Positions 55,494 to 58,938 of a stretch of DNA of 58,938 nt are shown one piece after another. The notes under the pieces are model-generated. The model was not told the DNA's origin and searched no databases. It saw only the letters and a list, made by a program, of their open reading frames with translations. Every line of letters starts with the position of its first letter. Within the stretch, counting starts at the first letter, position 1. Position numbers and translations under genes: made by a program. Source of the stretch: Candidatus Heimdallarchaeota archaeon (GTDB lineage Archaea; Asgardarchaeota; Heimdallarchaeia; Heimdallarchaeales; Kariarchaeaceae); assembly GCA_015523565.1 (NCBI GenBank), contig WAKA01000122.1, positions 1 through 58,938 of the forward strand, written 5' to 3'.

Positions 55494-56783
55494 TTATACA
55501 CAAGTAAACTTATAGCCATACCTGTCTGTTTCATCTTGCCGATAAATCTTCCTGAAAACCATTTTCATTGGCATATCTACTTCAAGATCTTCATATTCAA
55601 CATCCGTCAATTGGGAAATGACCTTTGGCCCTTCCTCAAATTCAACAAGACCAACACAATAATCCCCTTCCAAAGCCTGTTGTATGTCAAATTCAGGAGG
55701 AGCGGCACCTTTAAGAATCTTGGTGAATGTATACAGTTTACCATATCTTTTCAATGGTTTCCCAGAAACAGTTTGTGAACCACAATTCTTGCAGATCTGT
55801 CTGGGAGGGAAATGAATAAATCCACAATCCTTACACTTTGCGGTGTTTAACCTATATCTGGCACCCTTTTGGGAAAAATAAACAGGGGTCGATATAAAAG
55901 CCCCTTGTGGAATGCTTTCATTCCCAGCGTGTTCCTTCTGCATAAGGTACGTTGGCAACGAAATGTCCTTTCTCCTATCATTGATAATTACAATGGGTTT
56001 TTCAGAAGGTTGCAAAGACAGTGAAGCCCCTCCGTTTTCATCAATTGCATATATGGAGAGTTGCACATCTGAATTAAAATCCAGATGTAACCATGAAAAC
56101 AAAGAAACAAGTCCAGATGTGATGCCACTGAAACCGTTTGTCTTTTGCCCCTTAATTTCAAGGTTGGGAATCATGCGAGACGATTGTTTCAAACTGGAGA
56201 AGTTGATGAAATTGATCGAATTTGGCACGAGATGCTCTTTGACAGTAGATATAAGCATGCTTTCGTCTGCTGGGTCAAAACCTTGTGAGCCATATCGTGA
56301 AGTGGAATATGATGCACTTTCAAAAGTATCAAAAGAAGAAATTTCAACACCACCCTTTCCTACAAAACCCGTAACTGCCGCGGCTGAGCAATAGGCATCC
56401 ACCTTCTCATTTTTTCCACGTGGGCTGTCGACCACTAGGAAAGCGCATCCTTCGTTTCTAGATGCCTCCCAAATTGTCTGTAAAGATCCTACTTCACCAA
56501 TTGGAACATGAACCACATCTGAGGAGTTAATGCCTGTTGCATCAAGAAATACAGCAGAATTGAAATCTTTCCCAGTTGAAAGATACAATCGTTTGGGCAT
56601 TTCCCCAACGGTCTCCACCAGGTCAAGGAATGCATTAACTGCAAGGGTGGTTGCATCCTCGTCAATTCCAAATTTTCCAATGTATGAATATGTTGAAAGG
56701 GCAGGACTTGGATAGAATGCTCTTAAATCAGCAGATGATAACTTGAAACGTGGATAATGTATCGTAAGATGTGTCAAACCCAT
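55494..56783 (-). CDS. HMG-CoA-synthase-like (apparently inactive) / DUF35 Zn-ribbon-OB fusion protein
   Basis: N-terminal YPRFKL...DEDATTLAVNA of the HMGCS fold; C-terminal KCKDCGFIHFPPRQICKNC...RYGYKF. Confidence 0.82.
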   Translation of the reverse strand: MGLTHLTIHYPRFKLSSADLRAFYPSPALSTYSYIGKFGIDEDATTLAVNAFLDLVETVGEMPKRLYLSTGKDFNSAVFLDATGINSSDVVHVPIGEVGSLQTIWEASRNEGCAFLVVDSPRGKNEKVDAYCSAAAVTGFVGKGGVEISSFDTFESASYSTSRYGSQGFDPADESMLISTVKEHLVPNSINFINFSSLKQSSRMIPNLEIKGQKTNGFSGITSGLVSLFSWLHLDFNSDVQLSIYAIDENGGASLSLQPSEKPIVIINDRRKDISLPTYLMQKEHAGNESIPQGAFISTPVYFSQKGARYRLNTAKCKDCGFIHFPPRQICKNCGSQTVSGKPLKRYGKLYTFTKILKGAAPPEFDIQQALEGDYCVGLVEFEEGPKVISQLTDVEYEDLEVDMPMKMVFRKIYRQDETDRYGYKFTCV

Positions 56784-57943
56784 TACATTTCACCTCCAAG
56801 GATATGAACTGCACAGGTAGCACCAGACCCACCAACATTATGCGCTAAGCCAATTTTTGCGTCCGATATCTGCCTTTTTCCTGCCTCATTTCTTAATTGC
56901 TTCCACAACTCCACAATTTGTCCTGTTCCAGTTGCACCAAGAGGATGACCTTTTGCTTTTAATCCGCCAGACATATTTATTGGTATTGTACCGTTCCTTT
57001 CGGTTTCACCATCAAGTACCGCATTTGCCGCCTTTCCTTTTTCATAAAAGCCAATATCCTCAATTGCCAATATCTCTGCAATGGTAAAACAGTCATGAAC
57101 TTCTGCAATATCTATTTTTTCTGGTGTCAATCCACTTAATGAAAAAGCCTCTTTTGCCGCACGCCGTGTTGCTTCCAATGTAGTTATACTTTGGCGATCA
57201 TGAATGGCAAGATAATCAGAAGAGGCACCGGAACCTAAAATCCAAACAGGAGAATCTGTAATTTCCTTTGCCTTTTCTTCAGATGCAAGAAAAACAACTG
57301 AAGCTCCGTCAGATGTAGGACAGCAATCAAACAATCCAAGAGGGGGAGCCACCATTGGGGCATTCAAGACGCGATCTAAGGATACCGCTTTCCGAAATTG
57401 TGCAACAGGATTGTCCACAGCATTTCTATGATTCTTGACAGCACACATGGCAAGAGCTTCTCGAGGGGTGCCATATTCATGCATATGCCGTTTTGCCATT
57501 AATGCGTATATTCCTGCAAAAGTGGCTCCTGCAAGTCGTTCCCATTCTGTATCACCAGAAACACCTAACCAATATCTTTGATGGGCAGAGCTAAGATCAT
57601 TCATTATTTCAACACCACCAGCCAGTACAAGGTCCGCCCCATTCTTCACTGCTCGATATGCATCCCTGAATGCAAAACCGCTGGATGCACAGGCATTTTC
57701 AACACGTCTTGCTGAGACGGATGGCATACCACCCTGCTCAACCAATAATGCGGCAGGATTACCTAATTGTGCACCGCCAACCCCCAAATTCCCAATAAAG
57801 GCCTCTTTCACATCGCTTAACTTGAGTTCCTTGTCTACGTTTGATAGAGCTTCATGTAAAGCCTCAACAAATAATCCCTTGACCCCTTTGCCTGGAAATG
57901 AGCCAAACTTAGTCTGACCAGCGGTCACTACTGCAACTCTCAT
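56783..57943 (-). CDS. Thiolase, SCP2/AcaB-type acetyl-CoA acetyltransferase
   Basis: VENACASSG, EVHDCFT, KGHPLGATG and HNVGGSG; 1-bp overlap with the downstream fusion gene. Confidence 0.94.
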   Translation of the reverse strand: MRVAVVTAGQTKFGSFPGKGVKGLFVEALHEALSNVDKELKLSDVKEAFIGNLGVGGAQLGNPAALLVEQGGMPSVSARRVENACASSGFAFRDAYRAVKNGADLVLAGGVEIMNDLSSAHQRYWLGVSGDTEWERLAGATFAGIYALMAKRHMHEYGTPREALAMCAVKNHRNAVDNPVAQFRKAVSLDRVLNAPMVAPPLGLFDCCPTSDGASVVFLASEEKAKEITDSPVWILGSGASSDYLAIHDRQSITTLEATRRAAKEAFSLSGLTPEKIDIAEVHDCFTIAEILAIEDIGFYEKGKAANAVLDGETERNGTIPINMSGGLKAKGHPLGATGTGQIVELWKQLRNEAGKRQISDAKIGLAHNVGGSGATCAVHILGGEM

Positions 57944-58032
57944 ACGGCAGAATTAACTTAATTAATTTCAACTTTTTGGGTGTGTTCATTAATCAACCCA
58001 AACTTTTCAAAGAAGAATGAATACCATACAAT

Positions 58033-58746
58033 GTGGAAGATTTTCAACTGCTTTTGAATGATAGAACATCTGGGTCTATGGAACTCCTGAAAAAATTCAT
58101 TCAAATCATAAAGGCAAAAAATCCAAACCATGATGTATTAATCCAAATGGCGAACCAGTTTTCCAGCAAATTTCATGATATGGCAGTGATTCAAAATTCG
58201 ATTGAAAGACTCTTATCTGAAACCAATAAAACAGGAAATGTAAAGAAATCCGTTGAAACACTTGAAAAGACGATTGAGGAAATTGACAAGAAGCTTATCG
58301 AAAAATCAAAATCAGTGATAAGAAAACAGGACAAACTCTTAACCATCTCAAACAGCAATATGCTCAGAACCGTCTTGGTGGCAATCAAGCCAAAGTTGGT
58401 ATTTGTCTTGAAATCATTGCCAGGAGGAGAGGGAAGGGTATTGTTTAAGGAATTGAAAGGAAAAATAAATGCGATTCTCATTGAAGATGAACAGGGATAC
58501 GAGAAAATTTTGAAGAAAGAAATAGACAAGGTCATAATATCATGTGATGCCGTATTTCCAGAGGTAGGGTTTGTCAACAAGGTCGGAACGGCAAAAGTCT
58601 GTAAAATGGCGGCTGATAAAGACATCCCCATTGTGTTGCTTGCCAATTTCCTTAAGTTAATACATCAAAAACCAGACAAAATTGATTCTGAACTATTGGA
58701 ATGGGTTGAGTGGAACAGCAAAATCAGACTCGTCCTTGCAACTTAG
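58033..58746 (+). CDS. eIF2B alpha/beta/delta-family protein
   Basis: NDRTSGS, LLTISNS, SLPGGEG, SCDAV and FVNKVGT. Confidence 0.8.
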   Translation: MEDFQLLLNDRTSGSMELLKKFIQIIKAKNPNHDVLIQMANQFSSKFHDMAVIQNSIERLLSETNKTGNVKKSVETLEKTIEEIDKKLIEKSKSVIRKQDKLLTISNSNMLRTVLVAIKPKLVFVLKSLPGGEGRVLFKELKGKINAILIEDEQGYEKILKKEIDKVIISCDAVFPEVGFVNKVGTAKVCKMAADKDIPIVLLANFLKLIHQKPDKIDSELLEWVEWNSKIRLVLAT

Positions 58747-58938
58747 CATATTTCATTAATTTAAAGTCAATCATGGTAGGTTTTGCTTTCTCCTTCATTT
58801 AACCAATGATTAGAAGGATGGATAAAATATCTCACTTAAAATTAATGACTAGGTACTTATTTCAATTAATATTGGGTTAGTATTTCATCAACGACAAATC
58901 AAATACGAAATGTTAATCAAAAGTATCCATAATATGTT

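Noticed and set aside
58747-58938. Possible gene or RNA in the terminal AT-rich stretch
   Set aside because: There are stops in the frames examined and no recognisable structure; the region is cut by the window edge.

Overview
This is an AT-rich, gene-dense archaeal chromosomal segment. It carries archaeal-type information genes (eL42/L44e, eS6, aIF2-gamma, Rpo7, PriS, PriL) together with Rab-like and MglA-like small GTPases, a long LRR protein and a TPR protein. That mix points to an Asgard archaeon, probably Heimdallarchaeia (inference, no database search run). I found no tRNA, rRNA, CRISPR array or mobile element. The most striking accessory locus is a three-gene surface operon at 2.85-9.0 kb. 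There, a ~1000-aa protein with a class III (type IV pilin) signal peptide and ten tandem ~82-aa repeats, rich in Arg/Tyr/Trp in the later copies, is flanked by two paralogous, acidic, membrane-anchored Ig-like proteins. A second large pilin-signal protein and a prepilin peptidase lie elsewhere in the window. Other candidates worth checking: a DPM2/PIG-P-like small membrane protein, a bacterial/eukaryote-type MetK, a eukaryote-like AsnRS, an apparently catalytically dead AroD-AroE fusion, a dead HMG-CoA-synthase-DUF35 fusion next to a thiolase, an extracellular LanC-fold protein, a possible C/D-box RNA and a separate hairpin upstream of metK, and a direct-repeat operator before tandem Hsp20 genes. 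All calls come from motif recognition by eye.
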